Source of the DNA: Veleropilina oligotropha
Taxonomy: Eukaryota
Direction: 5' to 3'
Assembly: GCA_048128005.1 (NCBI GenBank)
Contig: JBEUKZ010000135.1
Span: 1-64,000, forward strand
Length of the DNA stretch: 64,000 nt
Shown here in pieces: positions 63,163 through 64,000 of this stretch; the first letter of the stretch is position 1, and each line of letters starts with the position of its first letter. The position numbers were made by a program, and so were the translations under genes. Below the pieces are notes generated by a model. That model did no database searches. It was not told the DNA's origin and was given only the letters and a program-made list of their open reading frames with translations.

Positions 63163-64000
63163 TACTATGAACACAATAGAGAAAATAGGCAAGGCGTAGT
63201 AATATCGCACTATGTTTCTTGTTATAATATAATTGTTATACATAAAAAGATTTGCCTCAAATGTAAAATTTACATTATATATTTAATATGAAATAAATTT
63301 ATGAATTGAATTTATCAATATTGTTCATTATTTTACCACAGAATGAAATCCTTACAGTAACTATTTTTTGGTTCAATGGAAAGGCTGTTCCGTTAATTGG
63401 ATGTTACCTGACGATATACAATAATAACTACACCATAACAAACTAAATATTATGTTTATTTTTACGGGATTCTGGTTAAAAAATAATGTAAATATAAGGA
63501 TTGAATTGCAGTTTGGTTGCGTTTATGCTGGTATGAATGCAAGCAGCAATTACATATTCTACATGGAGCGCTAACATAGAAGATATAATTGGTGCTTGCG
63601 TTCGTTCATACCAGCATAAACGCAACCAAACTGCAGTTCAATCCCTATAAGGCGGGCAAAATATCATGCATCTTGATAATCTTACCTGGATTCTGTTCCG
63701 TCGTTACGAAACGCTTGATCAAGTTGCTTCTCCTTTGTCGTTAAGTTGTCCAACATGACTTGCCGCCGTTCAACCTCTCTCTGAGTACTTTTAGACTCAA
63801 GGATGTAGAAACACGATATAATTTGACAAATATAATTATGTTACCATACATGTGATAACCCAAAACAGCATTCCAAGAGGTTGGGTCCATATTCCAGAAG
63901 ATTGGGGTCAAATTTCAGAAGTATATTTATCGACTATTACGTCATATACTTTTAATTATTTGCATAAAAAGACATGTATAGAAATGACAGTAATAGTAGT

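Larger units (their letters stand above)
56736..63647. mobile_element. Large element with long terminal inverted arms (unclassified DNA transposon)
   Basis: 56736-57625 (minus the SINE) is the reverse complement of about 61881-63647 (minus the MITE); termini TAGGGATTGAACTGCAG / CTGCAGTTCAATCCCTA. Confidence 0.8.

Overview
Gene-free, repeat-saturated window from a eukaryotic genome; the SINE, LINE and DNA-transposon repertoire suggests an invertebrate such as a mollusc (inference). No host gene was recognised. 0.3-16.5 kb: a degraded, tandemly duplicated structural module of an endogenous Polinton-like/adintovirus-like dsDNA virus. It encodes a major capsid, a penton-like protein, three predicted membrane proteins (one with adjacent PSAP and LYPxL late-domain motifs) and a secreted Cys-rich protein, and a non-autonomous LTR element sits in its left flank. 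16.5-29 kb: a Tx1/L1 element in permuted order (3' half first) with an I-clade LINE between the halves. The element is joined on the left to the last capsid codon and on the right, at the RT YADD motif, to a ~230-bp fragment resembling flavivirus NS3 helicase. 29-64 kb: BEL/Pao, Academ-like, MULE/FLYWCH, spliced CACTA, Penelope (with hammerhead ribozyme), Gypsy (with nested L2) and Tc1/pogo remnants, tRNA-SINEs, minisatellites and a ~6.9-kb element with long inverted arms. All family assignments come from motif recognition by eye; no database search was run.
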